Counted from the first letter of the stretch, positions 38,632 to 47,599 are shown. The stretch: DNA of 64,000 nucleotides from Candidatus Omnitrophota bacterium (GCA_021731625.1 JAKFXC010000060.1:794-64793); one strand, 5' to 3'. Notes: generated by a model not told the origin, from the sequence alone. Numbers and translations: made by a program.

Positions 38632-39279
38632 TTGTTGAACCGGATATTTAAGCCCCCGTATTTTTCGAAAGAAAATTTTACAAAGTTATTGTTCATTCTC
38701 ATTTGCGCGCTGGGCCTGCTTTTAGTTTACCGCCTGTTTATCTATAAATATTTAAACATGTGGTCGATGAACTGGAGGGTGGAAGGCAGCAGGTTTGTGG
38801 ACCGGGAATACCGTTTGTCGTTTCAGCTGCCGCCAGGCACGGCACCTTATAGGGCCTGGGGGTCTGGGGCAGTCATGAGGGAAATGGAGTTAAACTGGAG
38901 CGGCTCAGATTACCTGCGCAGCGACTACTCCTTAAAAATATCCTATGATAAAATCAGGACGGAAGAACAGTCAGAGACGCAATTGATCCAAAGGGCCATG
39001 GCTTGGAAATCTACACAAGTCAACACATGGTATCCCAACGTGCAGTTTAAAGACATTGAATTGCTCAACAGTGAGAACAGGGTTGTGGGTATTTTGACGT
39101 ACACGATGCCAACCCGGGAACGGTCCGAGCAGTGCTTTTATTTTGTTAAGGACGGGTATATTGTCGGGATTACTTATGCGGCAGGCACGAGAAGACTGGA
39201 CCGCTTGAATCAGGATAAACTCAGACGTATGTTTGGAGCCGTCGCTGAGAGTTTTGAGGGGGGTTTGAACAGGTTGTGA
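38632..39279 (+). CDS. Hypothetical membrane-anchored protein
   Basis: TTG start after an AGGGAGG RBS. One N-terminal TM helix (LLFILICALGLLLVYRLFIY). No recognisable domain. Confidence 0.45.
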   Translation: MLNRIFKPPYFSKENFTKLLFILICALGLLLVYRLFIYKYLNMWSMNWRVEGSRFVDREYRLSFQLPPGTAPYRAWGSGAVMREMELNWSGSDYLRSDYSLKISYDKIRTEEQSETQLIQRAMAWKSTQVNTWYPNVQFKDIELLNSENRVVGILTYTMPTRERSEQCFYFVKDGYIVGITYAAGTRRLDRLNQDKLRRMFGAVAESFEGGLNRL

Positions 39280-39307
39280 ATGGAAGCGTGCCCTGCGTAA
39301 CGAATTG

Positions 39308-39680
39308 CCCTGCCCTGATTTTTCTAGAATTGACAATAAGGTAGTCAGGACTGGGCAATATTTTTCTAGATGTTGTTCTTTTAGAATTGTGGAAATATTT
39401 GCCCTGCCCTGATTTTTCTAGAATTGACACTAAGGTAGTCAGGACTGGGCAATATTTTTCTAGATGTTGTTCTTTTAGAATTGTGGAAATATTTGCCCTG
39501 CCCTGATTTCTCTAGAATTGACACTAAGGTAGTCAGGACTGGGCAATATTTTTCTAGATGTTGTTCTTTTAGAATTGTGGGAATATTTGCCCTGCCCTTG
39601 CTTTTTAGAAGAAAAGCATAAGGAAGCAGGGACTAGGGCAAATTTTTCTTAAAGTAGTTCTTATAATTTTTTGGAAATTT
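39308..39680. repeat. Tandem repeat, 93-94-bp unit x about 3 plus a diverged proximal unit, directly upstream of tRNA-Gln
   Basis: Units start at 39308, 39401, 39495 and 39589 (GCCCTGCCCTGATTTTTCTAGAATTGACA...TCAGGACTGGGCAATATTTTTCTAGATG...). Each begins with a copy of the tRNA-Gln 5' acceptor sequence TGCCCTG. Shares the ATAAGGAAGCA and CCCTGATTTTTCTAGAA motifs with the tRNA-Cys and tRNA-Leu leaders. Confidence 0.85.
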
Positions 39681-39751
39681 GCCCTGTCGTCTAACGGTAG
39701 GACCCAAGATTCTGGATCTTGTTGTCTAGGTTCGAATCCTAGCGGGGCAAT
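39681..39751 (+). tRNA. tRNA-Gln (anticodon CUG), no encoded CCA
   Basis: U1-A72 acceptor TGCCCTG/CGGGGCA, anticodon stem CAAGA/TCTTG with loop TTCTGGA, T-arm CTAGGTTCGAATCCTAG. Confidence 0.8.
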
Positions 39752-39832
39752 TTTTAAACACAACCTCCTGTGATTAGATAAATTGCAGGAGCTTTTTTTT
39801 GACTTGACAGCCACAAGAGGCGTGTATACAAT

Positions 39833-40111
39833 TTGTATATACAAATGAACATAGAAAACATCTCATGGAATCCATTAAAAAACGAGCGCTTAAAGAAAAC
39901 GCGAGGCATTTCGTTTGAAGAAATTATTATCTCCAAATTGATCGATATACGTAAACATCTCAAAAAGGATACTCAGAGGATATTGATTTATAAATGTAGA
40001 GGTTATATTTGGGCCGTTCCGTTTGTCAAAATAGAGAGCGGGATATTTTTGAAAACCATCTATCCGAGTCGCAAATTTACAAAGATGTACAAAGAGGGAG
40101 GAATCTTATGA
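39833..40111 (+). CDS. brnT: BrnT-family (DUF497) type II toxin ribonuclease
   Basis: WNPLKNERLKKTRGISFEEII...ILIYKCRGYIWAVPFVKIESGIFLKTIYPSRK matches the BrnT pattern. Confidence 0.7.
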   Translation: MYIQMNIENISWNPLKNERLKKTRGISFEEIIISKLIDIRKHLKKDTQRILIYKCRGYIWAVPFVKIESGIFLKTIYPSRKFTKMYKEGGIL

Positions 40112-40356
40112 GAGTCATCAAATTAACAAGGGAAGAGCGTGAGATCGAAGAGAATATCGAAAAATTTGTCCCGGTGGATAAGAAAGAATTCGAAACCATC
40201 GTTCGAGCCTTGGAGGCCCGGAAGAAGGACGCCGTGTTAAATATTCGGGTCAGCAAGTATGACCTGGACAGCATAAAGCAAAAAGCAGCTCAGCTGGGAA
40301 TTCGATACCAGACGCTTATTTCTGAGATTTTGCACAGAGTAGCTCAGGCCTCATAA
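40108..40356 (+). CDS. brnA: BrnA-family antitoxin
   Basis: ATGA overlap with the brnT stop. C-terminal IRVSKYDLDSIKQKAAQLGIRYQTLISEILHRVA typical of BrnA. Confidence 0.7.
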   Translation: MRVIKLTREEREIEENIEKFVPVDKKEFETIVRALEARKKDAVLNIRVSKYDLDSIKQKAAQLGIRYQTLISEILHRVAQAS

Positions 40357-40476
40357 GCCAGTTGCGAAACTCGTCCAAATGAGGCAACCATACTAATCTC
40401 TTGATTTCCCCATCGAGAGATTATTCGGAAAAACACACTGCTTGACTAATGAATTTTTCAGTGTAAAACTATAATC

Positions 40477-40911
40477 ATGAAAAGGTTACATAAAAAGAAA
40501 ATCGGCGGATTTTTACCGATACCTCTTTTATTTGCAATCACTTTCTGTTGCTGCTTAGAGGAGAAAGTTTCTGCTGATGAAACCCGTTCAGATTTTTCCA
40601 TGGAACATCACCAAGAGTCCCATGAATTAGAGAAGTCTGATCAAGCCGAACACCAGGAGCATTCTCATGGGGATCAGGAATGTTCTTGCCCAAAGCATTT
40701 AAGTTTTCTTTTCTCACAATCATCCGCAGATATAATTTTTGATTCTACCGTCAGCCAAATGTTGGCCAAGAATTTTATGGTTGACTTTGGGTTTGATAAC
40801 ATTATTTTTCTTGCCTCATTATCAAATCACTCGCAGGGGCCACCCCTGTTAGATCATAGGGAGTACGTTTCTCTTCCCATCTATCTCAAAGTGTCCAACC
40901 TCCGTATTTAA
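40477..40911 (+). CDS. His-rich hypothetical protein (possible periplasmic metal-binding)
   Basis: N-terminal hydrophobic segment then HHQESHELEKSDQAEHQEHSHGDQECSCPKH His/Cys-rich stretch. In the copper-gene context. Confidence 0.35.
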   Translation: MKRLHKKKIGGFLPIPLLFAITFCCCLEEKVSADETRSDFSMEHHQESHELEKSDQAEHQEHSHGDQECSCPKHLSFLFSQSSADIIFDSTVSQMLAKNFMVDFGFDNIIFLASLSNHSQGPPLLDHREYVSLPIYLKVSNLRI

Positions 40912-41038
40912 TCAAATCTAAAAATTGACCTTAGATCTGAAAGGCCAAGAGTGTTTTCTTTTGGTCAAGGGAAGATTTAGGGGCCGGTATTTTTTGGTCA
41001 TTTAACTTAAACCATGTAACTAATCTAAGGAGAACAAA

Positions 41039-41407
41039 ATGACATCAAAATTAATCGCTTTAAGTTTAGCAGCTGTTTTGTCCTTGTCGTATTCCAATTA
41101 TGTCTTGGCTAATGAAGGTCAGGAACATCAAATGCCTGATGGAACTATGATGAAAAATAGCGATATGACTCAAGGCCAGATGAACCAAGAATCAACCAAA
41201 GCAGTCGACGTCGGCAATAAAATTTGTCCTGTCAGTGGTGAGAAAGTCCCTGCTCCCGGCGAAAAAAGCGAGATGGGTGAGGCTGTTAAATACATATACA
41301 ACGGCAAGATTTATAATCTTTGCTGCTTAATGTGCGTGAAGGATTTTAAGAAAAATCCTGAAAAATATAGTGCCATTGCCGAAAAGGAAATTAAAGAAGC
41401 CAAATAG
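41039..41407 (+). CDS. Periplasmic YHS-domain protein with Met-rich motifs (putative copper-binding)
   Basis: Signal peptide. Met-rich MPDGTMMKNSDMTQGQM. YHS/TRASH-like motif ICPVSGEKV...YNGKIYNLCCLMCVKDFKKNPEKY. Confidence 0.6.
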   Translation: MTSKLIALSLAAVLSLSYSNYVLANEGQEHQMPDGTMMKNSDMTQGQMNQESTKAVDVGNKICPVSGEKVPAPGEKSEMGEAVKYIYNGKIYNLCCLMCVKDFKKNPEKYSAIAEKEIKEAK

Positions 41408-41627
41408 CATAGAGGTGATATATGGAAAACACATTTGTACAAATGTTATATCCGATACACCCTAAACTCGTGCATTTCCCCATAGCGTTGATTGTCAGTG
41501 CTATGGGGATGCAGGGGCTTGGCCGCTCATCAAGGAGGAAGAATGGTTTATGAATTGTCATCGTCACGGCGAACAAGATTACTAAATACGACAAGGGTTT
41601 AAATGTCGTTAGAGAAGTCGAGCAAAA

Positions 41628-41772
41628 GATGGACATGGAAGGTATGAAGAAGATGATGAAAGATTGTCCGATGATGGGTAAAGGCATAATGGAAAACATG
41701 GGTGAGGATGCTGAAACAACAGCAGATAAGGCAGAGCCTGCAAAAGAAGTCGATCACGCCAATCATCACTGA
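41628..41772 (+). CDS. Small Met-rich peptide (47 aa), putative copper-binding
   Basis: MDMEGMKKMMKDCPMMGKGIMENMGEDAETTADKAEPAKEVDHANHH with MxxM/MMxK motifs. Followed by terminator hairpin GGGCGCAGGATATTATCCTGCGCCC plus T-run. Below the ORF-track cutoff. Confidence 0.3.
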
Positions 41773-41833
41773 TCCGTAAAGAAGCATAGGGCGCAGGATA
41801 TTATCCTGCGCCCAGCATTTTTTATATTATGAT

Positions 41834-42212
41834 GTGTATATGAAATTCTCCAAATTCGATAAAGAAATCTATATGGGCTTTTTGGCCATTACCGGAATTT
41901 TTCTATATTTGGTTTTACGTTTTTTATTAGGCGTTCCTGTAGGTCTGTCCAATTGGCCATTATTGATTACGTTGGCCTTAGGTGGCGTCCCATTGGTTTG
42001 GGACCTTTTGATCAAGCTTTCCAAGCGCTAATTCGGGTCCGATCTTGTCGCCGGGATTTCAATTATTACTTCGATTTGGTTAGGTGAATACCTGGCCGGG
42101 ACGTTAGTGGTACTGATGCTTTCCAAAGGGGAGGCTCTCGAAGGCTTTGCCGTACGACGCGCTTCTTCGGTATTGGCCGCATTTGACCCGCATTTGCTTA
42201 AAAGGAGCGTTT
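41834..42212 (+). pseudogene. N-terminal fragment of a heavy-metal P1B-type ATPase, interrupted by an in-frame TAA (42029-42031) and truncated at the start of the intact ATPase gene
   Basis: Same frame before and after the stop: ...[79 protein letters not shown]. These are the typical first TM helices and GEaLE region of CopA/CadA-type pumps. It ends where the full-length ATPase begins in another frame. Confidence 0.6.
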
Positions 42213-44492
42213 ATGGCCATTGATCCAATTTGTGGAATGACAGTTAAGGAAGATACTCCTTTTAAAGTAAAAAAGGAGGAGCAAGTTCATTATTTTTGTT
42301 CGGCTCATTGTAAGGATAAATTTTTGTCGACTACTCCGGTCAGTGAGAAGTCCAAATCAATGTCTTCAGCAAAGCTAATTTATACCTGCCCCATGCATCC
42401 TGAAATTAGGCAAGATCATCCCGGCGACTGTCCGAAATGCGGCATGCATTTGGAGCCGTTAAATCCAACCGGCGAAGAAAACGAAGATCAACAAGAAACT
42501 CGATCCTTGTCATTGAAATTTTGGGTTGGCTTTGCGTTTGCTGTCCCTCTCGTATTGCTCGTTGTGGGTGAAATGATCCCATCTTTTAATATCGATTCCG
42601 TTATTCCACACCGGCTCATTCCTTTTATTCAATTTATATTGGCAACCCCAATCGTCTTATGGGCGGGAGGCATGTTCTTTGTAAAAGGCTGGATGTCTTT
42701 GATTAACCGAAATCTGAACATGTTTACTTTAATTGCCCTTGGTGTTGGCGCAGCGTATGGTTATAGTACAATAGCAACTTTCTTCCCTCATATTTTTCCG
42801 GATTCATTGAAGAAAATGGAAAAAGTAGATTTGTATTTTGAAGCAGCGGCGGTTATCACGGTATTAATCATTTTGGGGCAGTTGTTGGAAGCACAAGCAC
42901 GAAGCCAAACGGGGAAAGCCATTAAAGCACTTCTTGGATTGGCCGCAAAGAATGCGCACCTTGTTCGGAATGGCGTAGAAGAGGACGTTGAGATTGGTTC
43001 TGTCCAAGAAGGCGATATCTTACGCGTCCGGCCGGGAGAAAAAATTCCATTAGACGGAATTATTATTGAAGGAAAGAGCAGTGTTGATGAATCCATGATA
43101 TCCGGGGAGCCTATGCCAGTCGAAAAAAATACTGGTGATCGTGTCATTGGCGCAACGGTTAACCAAACCGGCGCATTTATGATGAGGACAGAAAAAGTGG
43201 GGGCAGAAACATTGCTTTCTCAAATCGTTCACATGGTTGCCGAAGCTCAACGCAGTCGTGCACCTATTCAAAAATTGGCGGATACGATTTCCGGCTATTT
43301 TGTCCCCATTGTGGTTTTGATTTCCGTGGTAACGTTTATCATCTGGGCCAATTGGGGGCCGGAGCCGAGATTGGTGTATGCCATTGTCAATGCGATTGCC
43401 GTTTTGATTATCGCTTGTCCATGTGCGTTAGGGTTGGCCACGCCCATGTCCATCATGGTCGGTGTTGGCCGGGGCGCACAGGCAGGAATTTTGATTAAAA
43501 ATGCTGAAGCTATTGAGAAATCAGAGAAAATCACTCATCTTCTGACGGACAAGACTGGCACATTAACGGAAGGTAAGCCCAAAGTGACTGCCTATATTCC
43601 GAACGAAGGATGGAATGAACAATCATTGCTTGGTGTTGCAGCTTCGATTGAACAAAGTAGCGAACACCCTTTGGCAAGAGCGGTGATAGATTATGCTAAA
43701 GAAAAGAATGCAAAGATTGAATCTGTGCAGGATTTTGAGTCCGTTACGGGCGGTGGCATAAAGGGAAAGCTCAATGGACAGAGAATTATTCTAGGTAAAC
43801 AAAAATTTCTCGAAGATCAAAAGATCATCCTTCCCGAGAATCTAAAAAAAGAGTCTGTTCAATTGCAGGCAAAGGCGCAGACAGTTGTATGGGTTGCGTC
43901 AGAACAAAAGATTGCAGGCATCCTCGGCATTTCTGATCCTATTAAGAAGACCGCTCCTCAAGCGATTCAAGACCTTCATAACATGGGCATCAAAGTGATT
44001 ATGTTGACGGGAGATAATCGCAAGACGGCTGAAGCCATTGCTAGAGAATTGGGAATTGATGATGTTCGCGCTGAATTAGAGCCGAAAAGCAAACAAGAGA
44101 TCGTCAAACAGTTTAAAAGTCAAGGCGCCATTGTGATGATGGCAGGAGATGGTATTAACGATGCCCCTGCTTTGGCGCAAGCGGAAGTTGGGGTAGCGAT
44201 GGGGACAGGAACAGATGTGGCGATTGAAAGCGCCGGGATCACTTTAGTCAAAGGCGATCTCAATGGCATCGTAAAAGCACTTCGTCTAAGCCGGGCAGTG
44301 ATGAAAAATATCCGTCAGAATCTCTTCTTTGCTTTTATTTATAATATGCTGGGTGTGCCTATTGCTGCTGGAATTTTATATCCCTTCTTCGGGATACTAT
44401 TGAGTCCGGTTATTGCCGGTGCGGCGATGGCGTTTAGTTCGGTCAATGTTATTGGAAATTCTTTAAGATTACGTGGAGTAAAACTAAGCTAA
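42213..44492 (+). CDS. copA: Copper(I)/silver-translocating P1B-type ATPase with N-terminal YHS/TRASH and CxxC metal-binding segments
   Basis: [11 protein letters not shown]...[12 protein letters not shown] (YHS), [29 protein letters not shown] motif ([13 protein letters not shown]), [22 protein letters not shown] at 42203. Confidence 0.9.
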   Translation: MAIDPICGMTVKEDTPFKVKKEEQVHYFCSAHCKDKFLSTTPVSEKSKSMSSAKLIYTCPMHPEIRQDHPGDCPKCGMHLEPLNPTGEENEDQQETRSLSLKFWVGFAFAVPLVLLVVGEMIPSFNIDSVIPHRLIPFIQFILATPIVLWAGGMFFVKGWMSLINRNLNMFTLIALGVGAAYGYSTIATFFPHIFPDSLKKMEKVDLYFEAAAVITVLIILGQLLEAQARSQTGKAIKALLGLAAKNAHLVRNGVEEDVEIGSVQEGDILRVRPGEKIPLDGIIIEGKSSVDESMISGEPMPVEKNTGDRVIGATVNQTGAFMMRTEKVGAETLLSQIVHMVAEAQRSRAPIQKLADTISGYFVPIVVLISVVTFIIWANWGPEPRLVYAIVNAIAVLIIACPCALGLATPMSIMVGVGRGAQAGILIKNAEAIEKSEKITHLLTDKTGTLTEGKPKVTAYIPNEGWNEQSLLGVAASIEQSSEHPLARAVIDYAKEKNAKIESVQDFESVTGGGIKGKLNGQRIILGKQKFLEDQKIILPENLKKESVQLQAKAQTVVWVASEQKIAGILGISDPIKKTAPQAIQDLHNMGIKVIMLTGDNRKTAEAIARELGIDDVRAELEPKSKQEIVKQFKSQGAIVMMAGDGINDAPALAQAEVGVAMGTGTDVAIESAGITLVKGDLNGIVKALRLSRAVMKNIRQNLFFAFIYNMLGVPIAAGILYPFFGILLSPVIAGAAMAFSSVNVIGNSLRLRGVKLS

Positions 44493-44531
44493 TAGGGAAT
44501 CGGCCCGTTCCTTCATAAACAGGATTGACGT

Positions 44532-45047
44532 ATGCACCGCAATATAAAGATGCTTTTGACATGTTCTATTTTAATTCACGGAGGGATTAATTTACTTGCC
44601 CCTATTTACGCCATTTTCATTAAGAATATCGGCGGTACATTATTGGATGCTTCGGTCACGGTCGGATTTTACGCAGTCTTAAAAGGCATCCTTTATTTTG
44701 TTCTTAGAAATTTGAAAGAAAGTAAGTTCAGCCGAAAGCTTATGATTGCGTTTGGATATTTTATGTTTTTTATGGGTTATGTCATGTATATGTTCGCCTC
44801 CAATGTTTATCACGTTTTAGTCATTCAAGGCCTCTTGGCTTTTGGAGAGGTGGTGATCAATCCGTCGTGGAGTGCCGTTATTGCCAATGCCCTAACAAAA
44901 GGTAAGGAGCGGAGTATTTATTCCGACTTTTATGGCTACCGGTCTATTGCTGAAGGTGGAGCTGCCATTTTGGGAGGAATCCTAGCCACTCAATTAGGAT
45001 TTAACGTGTTGTTTGGTCTTATGGCTGGGTTTGCGTTGGGGGGCTAG
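44532..45047 (+). CDS. Six-TM membrane protein resembling half of an MFS transporter (probably truncated)
   Basis: 171 aa, hydrophobic throughout. The gene ends about 95 nt before the island-boundary repeat. Confidence 0.4.
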   Translation: MHRNIKMLLTCSILIHGGINLLAPIYAIFIKNIGGTLLDASVTVGFYAVLKGILYFVLRNLKESKFSRKLMIAFGYFMFFMGYVMYMFASNVYHVLVIQGLLAFGEVVINPSWSAVIANALTKGKERSIYSDFYGYRSIAEGGAAILGGILATQLGFNVLFGLMAGFALGG

Positions 45048-45142
45048 TATTCTGTCATTATTTTTAGAGAAATCTTAAGTAGGAAGGGGAGCCTGGGTTC
45101 CCCTGATGGGGAGCGAGACCGAACGCAGTGAGGCGAGCGACA

Positions 45143-45166
45143 GGTTCGAATCCTAGCGGGGCAATT
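45143..45166 (+). repeat. 24-bp direct repeat of the tRNA-Gln 3' end (GGTTCGAATCCTAGCGGGGCAATT), putative attR of an integrated island
   Basis: Identical to 39730-39753 (T-arm through acceptor end of tRNA-Gln plus 2 nt). Confidence 0.7.
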
Positions 45167-45242
45167 CTGTTCAAATCGAACATAATGGACGTATTGACTA
45201 TTATGTCTAAATAGGGTATACTTGCGTAAGGAGGTGAGACGA

Positions 45243-45482
45243 ATGACAAAGACAACAGCTACAGAAATGAAAAATCATTTTGGCCAATATCTGGAAGGGG
45301 CTATCTCCGAACCGGTGATCATTGAAAAGTCAGGCCGTTCGGTTGTGGTCATGCTTTCCATTAAGGAGTATGAACGGCTTGTAGCCTTAGACGATGCTCA
45401 TTGGGCTCAGAAGGCTCTTAAGGCAGAGAAAGCGGGGTATATTGGACAGAAAGAATCCTCTAAATTTTTAAGGTCTAAATAG
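45243..45482 (+). CDS. Phd/YefM-family antitoxin
   Basis: MTKTTATEMKNHFGQYLEGAISEPVIIEKSGRSVVVMLSIKEYERL matches the YefM pattern. AGGAGGTGA RBS. Confidence 0.75.
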   Translation: MTKTTATEMKNHFGQYLEGAISEPVIIEKSGRSVVVMLSIKEYERLVALDDAHWAQKALKAEKAGYIGQKESSKFLRSK

Positions 45483-45485
45483 CGC

Positions 45486-45752
45486 ATGCTTTCCCTTGAT
45501 CTTACTCATCAGGCCAAGGATTTCTTAGATCAACTAGATTCCAAGCGATTTCGTCAGGTTGTTAAAAAGATTTTCACTTTAATGGAAAATTCTCGGCCCC
45601 TGGATTCAAAGGCCCTGCAAGGACATCTATTCTGGCGTGCCGATATTGGAGAATATCGGATTATTTACCGTGTTGAAGAGAATTGTTTGAAAGTGGCGCT
45701 GGTAGACAAGCGCAATGACGACGAAGTTTATAAAAAATTAAGACGCATGTAA
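45486..45752 (+). CDS. RelE/ParE-family type II toxin
   Basis: LQGHLFWRADIGEYRIIYRVEENCLKVALVDKRNDDEVYKK matches the RelE/ParE C-terminal pattern. Immediately follows the antitoxin. Confidence 0.75.
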   Translation: MLSLDLTHQAKDFLDQLDSKRFRQVVKKIFTLMENSRPLDSKALQGHLFWRADIGEYRIIYRVEENCLKVALVDKRNDDEVYKKLRRM

Positions 45753-45771
45753 TCGAAAATAAGCCAACGTC

Positions 45772-46014
45772 ATGGTTTTTGAAATCCGCAGGGCTAAAAA
45801 TGGCTATATTCTAAAAGTCGTTAACACAGAAAATGTTGCGACTGAAGCAGAAGAAATTGTTTATCAGGAGAAATACGATGATGAGGTCGAATGTTTCGCT
45901 GAGTTTCTGAGATATTTGAACGATGAATACGGGCCATCCACTAGCCGTTATTCTGAAAAACGGATTCATATAAGCGTGTGCCCGGGGGATAAGTTTAATG
46001 AACCGGCTTCATAG
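45772..46014 (+). CDS. Hypothetical protein (80 aa)
   Basis: ORF only, no recognisable motif. The recurring 3' motif lies 70 nt downstream. Confidence 0.35.
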   Translation: MVFEIRRAKNGYILKVVNTENVATEAEEIVYQEKYDDEVECFAEFLRYLNDEYGPSTSRYSEKRIHISVCPGDKFNEPAS

Positions 46015-46282
46015 CTGTCGCTTTGACTTTATGTGCCCCGCTCAGTGTTTTTGTTATTTTTCTAAAGGTCGAAATTCTGCATAAAGCCAGTTCGTCCAAA
46101 CGGGGAACCACTGACGGTCTGGAGCCCGAATGTTTAAATTCTCTCAGTTACTGATGTGTTTTCTTGTTATCAGTTCGGTTTTCTTGTCACTTGCCTTAAA
46201 AGGCATTTCCAGCTCCTTAAAATCGAGAGCAGCGTCACTATTACTCCTATTGCTATGAGGTTTAGTATTTGTCTTTTACTAT

Positions 46283-46510
46283 TTGATAGGAGAAGCAGAT
46301 TGGCAATATATGGGGACAGGCTGGGACCACTTCTATGAGCAGATATTTTATAGAATTGGTTTTGTAGCGGCAAGTGGTGCCAGTTTGGCAGTATTAGGAT
46401 ATTTGCTCAAAATTCGGCAAAATAAAAACAATATCGTTCTTGTGATTTCATCGATCGTTGTTACTTTATTTGCAATCCTCCTGCTATGGTTTAACGTCCG
46501 AAGCCCGTAG
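46283..46510 (+). CDS. Small hypothetical membrane protein (two predicted TM helices)
   Basis: ORF with two hydrophobic stretches. AT-rich context. Confidence 0.3.
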   Translation: MIGEADWQYMGTGWDHFYEQIFYRIGFVAASGASLAVLGYLLKIRQNKNNIVLVISSIVVTLFAILLLWFNVRSP

Positions 46511-46576
46511 TTTACCTTAGGTGTAAAAACTCGCAACTGCTTATCAATATTATAGTTGTGTATTTTTTATGTCAAT

Positions 46577-46639
46577 TTGATATTTTACCGGGAATCCCGG
46601 TAAAATTAGCTTGATTTTTACCGGGATTCCCGGTAGAAT
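46577..46639 (+). promoter_or_regulatory. Tandem promoters, each with a 17-bp palindromic operator in the spacer, immediately upstream of the GHKL-ATPase gene
   Basis: P1: TTGATA (46577-82), 18-bp spacer holding TACCGGGAATCCCGGTA (46586-46602), TAAAAT (46601-06). P2: TTGATT (46611-16), 17-bp spacer holding TACCGGGATTCCCGGTA (46619-46635), TAGAAT (46634-39). The ATG at 46646 lies about 7 nt after the P2 -10 element (a possibly leaderless transcript). Confidence 0.6.
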
Positions 46640-46645
46640 TTAACT

Positions 46646-47599
46646 ATGAAAATACACGTACCAAATAGCGCATTTCTTGGCAATTTAGATCCTTTTTTGA
46701 AAGGGTTTGATCCTACGGATCCCCATTCGCTGCATGTAACCTTAAATCCCAAGTGGACGTCAGTGCACCCCCTTGTGCTATCTATGATCGGTTCCCTTGG
46801 GTTAACTATTAAACCTGAAAATATCCATATTGATAAATTAGTGGCAAGATCAAGCCACTACTTGGTTAGAATGGGACTATATAAATTACTTAATATTTCT
46901 TGCGGTACAGTTATACAGGAGCATGCCCCTGAAGGAAGATTTATTCCACTTAAACAGGTTCGCACATCAGATGAGTTGGCCGAGTTCATTACTGAAATGA
47001 TACCGCTTCTTCATTCAGATCCTGAACAATCTAAAACAATTGGATACATAATTAGTGAACTTGGGAGAAATGTTCTTGAACATTCTGTATCAGAAAATGG
47101 GGCTATCCTGTGCGCCCAATTCTATGCCAAAAGCAATACCATTCGTATAGGAATAGCCGACACGGGCGTAGGCATAAAAAAAACCATTAACCGGTCTCAC
47201 AACGCCATAACGGATTTGGAGGCCATTCAACTGGCATTATGGCCGGGGATTACTGGTACAACCAGCGCTCCTGGAGGGACTGCACAAAATGCCGGCGCTG
47301 GTTTATTTTTTATTAAGTCCATAGCAAATTTAAATAAAGATTTTTTTGTTATATATAGCGGGAAGGGTTTTTATAAACTGTTAGCTAAAAAGAGTAAGAA
47401 AGTACGGCTTAATGCGGATCCTTTTGAAGATCAACATAGCAAATCGGATCAATTGCCATATTGGCAAGGAACGTTAGTCGGAATAGACATAAGCCTTGAT
47501 CAGACGACGGAATATTCCAAACTGTTGGATGCCATTAGAGACATTTACTATGCATTAAGAAAAACTAAGAAATCACATAAGAGAGCAAAATTCATATGA
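46646..47599 (+). CDS. GHKL/HATPase_c-domain protein (RsbW-like serine-kinase fold) with an uncharacterised 110-aa N-terminal domain
   Basis: N box ELGRNVLEHS, G1 box IADTGVGI, G2 box GAGLFFIK. 317 aa. No sensor-kinase dimerisation/H-box domain. Confidence 0.7.
   Translation: MKIHVPNSAFLGNLDPFLKGFDPTDPHSLHVTLNPKWTSVHPLVLSMIGSLGLTIKPENIHIDKLVARSSHYLVRMGLYKLLNISCGTVIQEHAPEGRFIPLKQVRTSDELAEFITEMIPLLHSDPEQSKTIGYIISELGRNVLEHSVSENGAILCAQFYAKSNTIRIGIADTGVGIKKTINRSHNAITDLEAIQLALWPGITGTTSAPGGTAQNAGAGLFFIKSIANLNKDFFVIYSGKGFYKLLAKKSKKVRLNADPFEDQHSKSDQLPYWQGTLVGIDISLDQTTEYSKLLDAIRDIYYALRKTKKSHKRAKFI

Noticed and set aside
40351-40390. Integron attC-site interpretation of the recurring 3' motif
   Set aside because: No recognisable R''/L''/L'/R' core sites (GTTRRRY / RYYYAAC) and no intI nearby. 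Kept only as an unexplained shared motif.
41423-41554. 43-codon ORF MENTFVQMLYPIHPKLVHFPIALIVSAMGMQGLGRSSRRKNGL
   Set aside because: No RBS, ends in a run of frame-disrupted sequence. It may be a fragment of a decayed membrane-protein gene, but I cannot support it as a feature.
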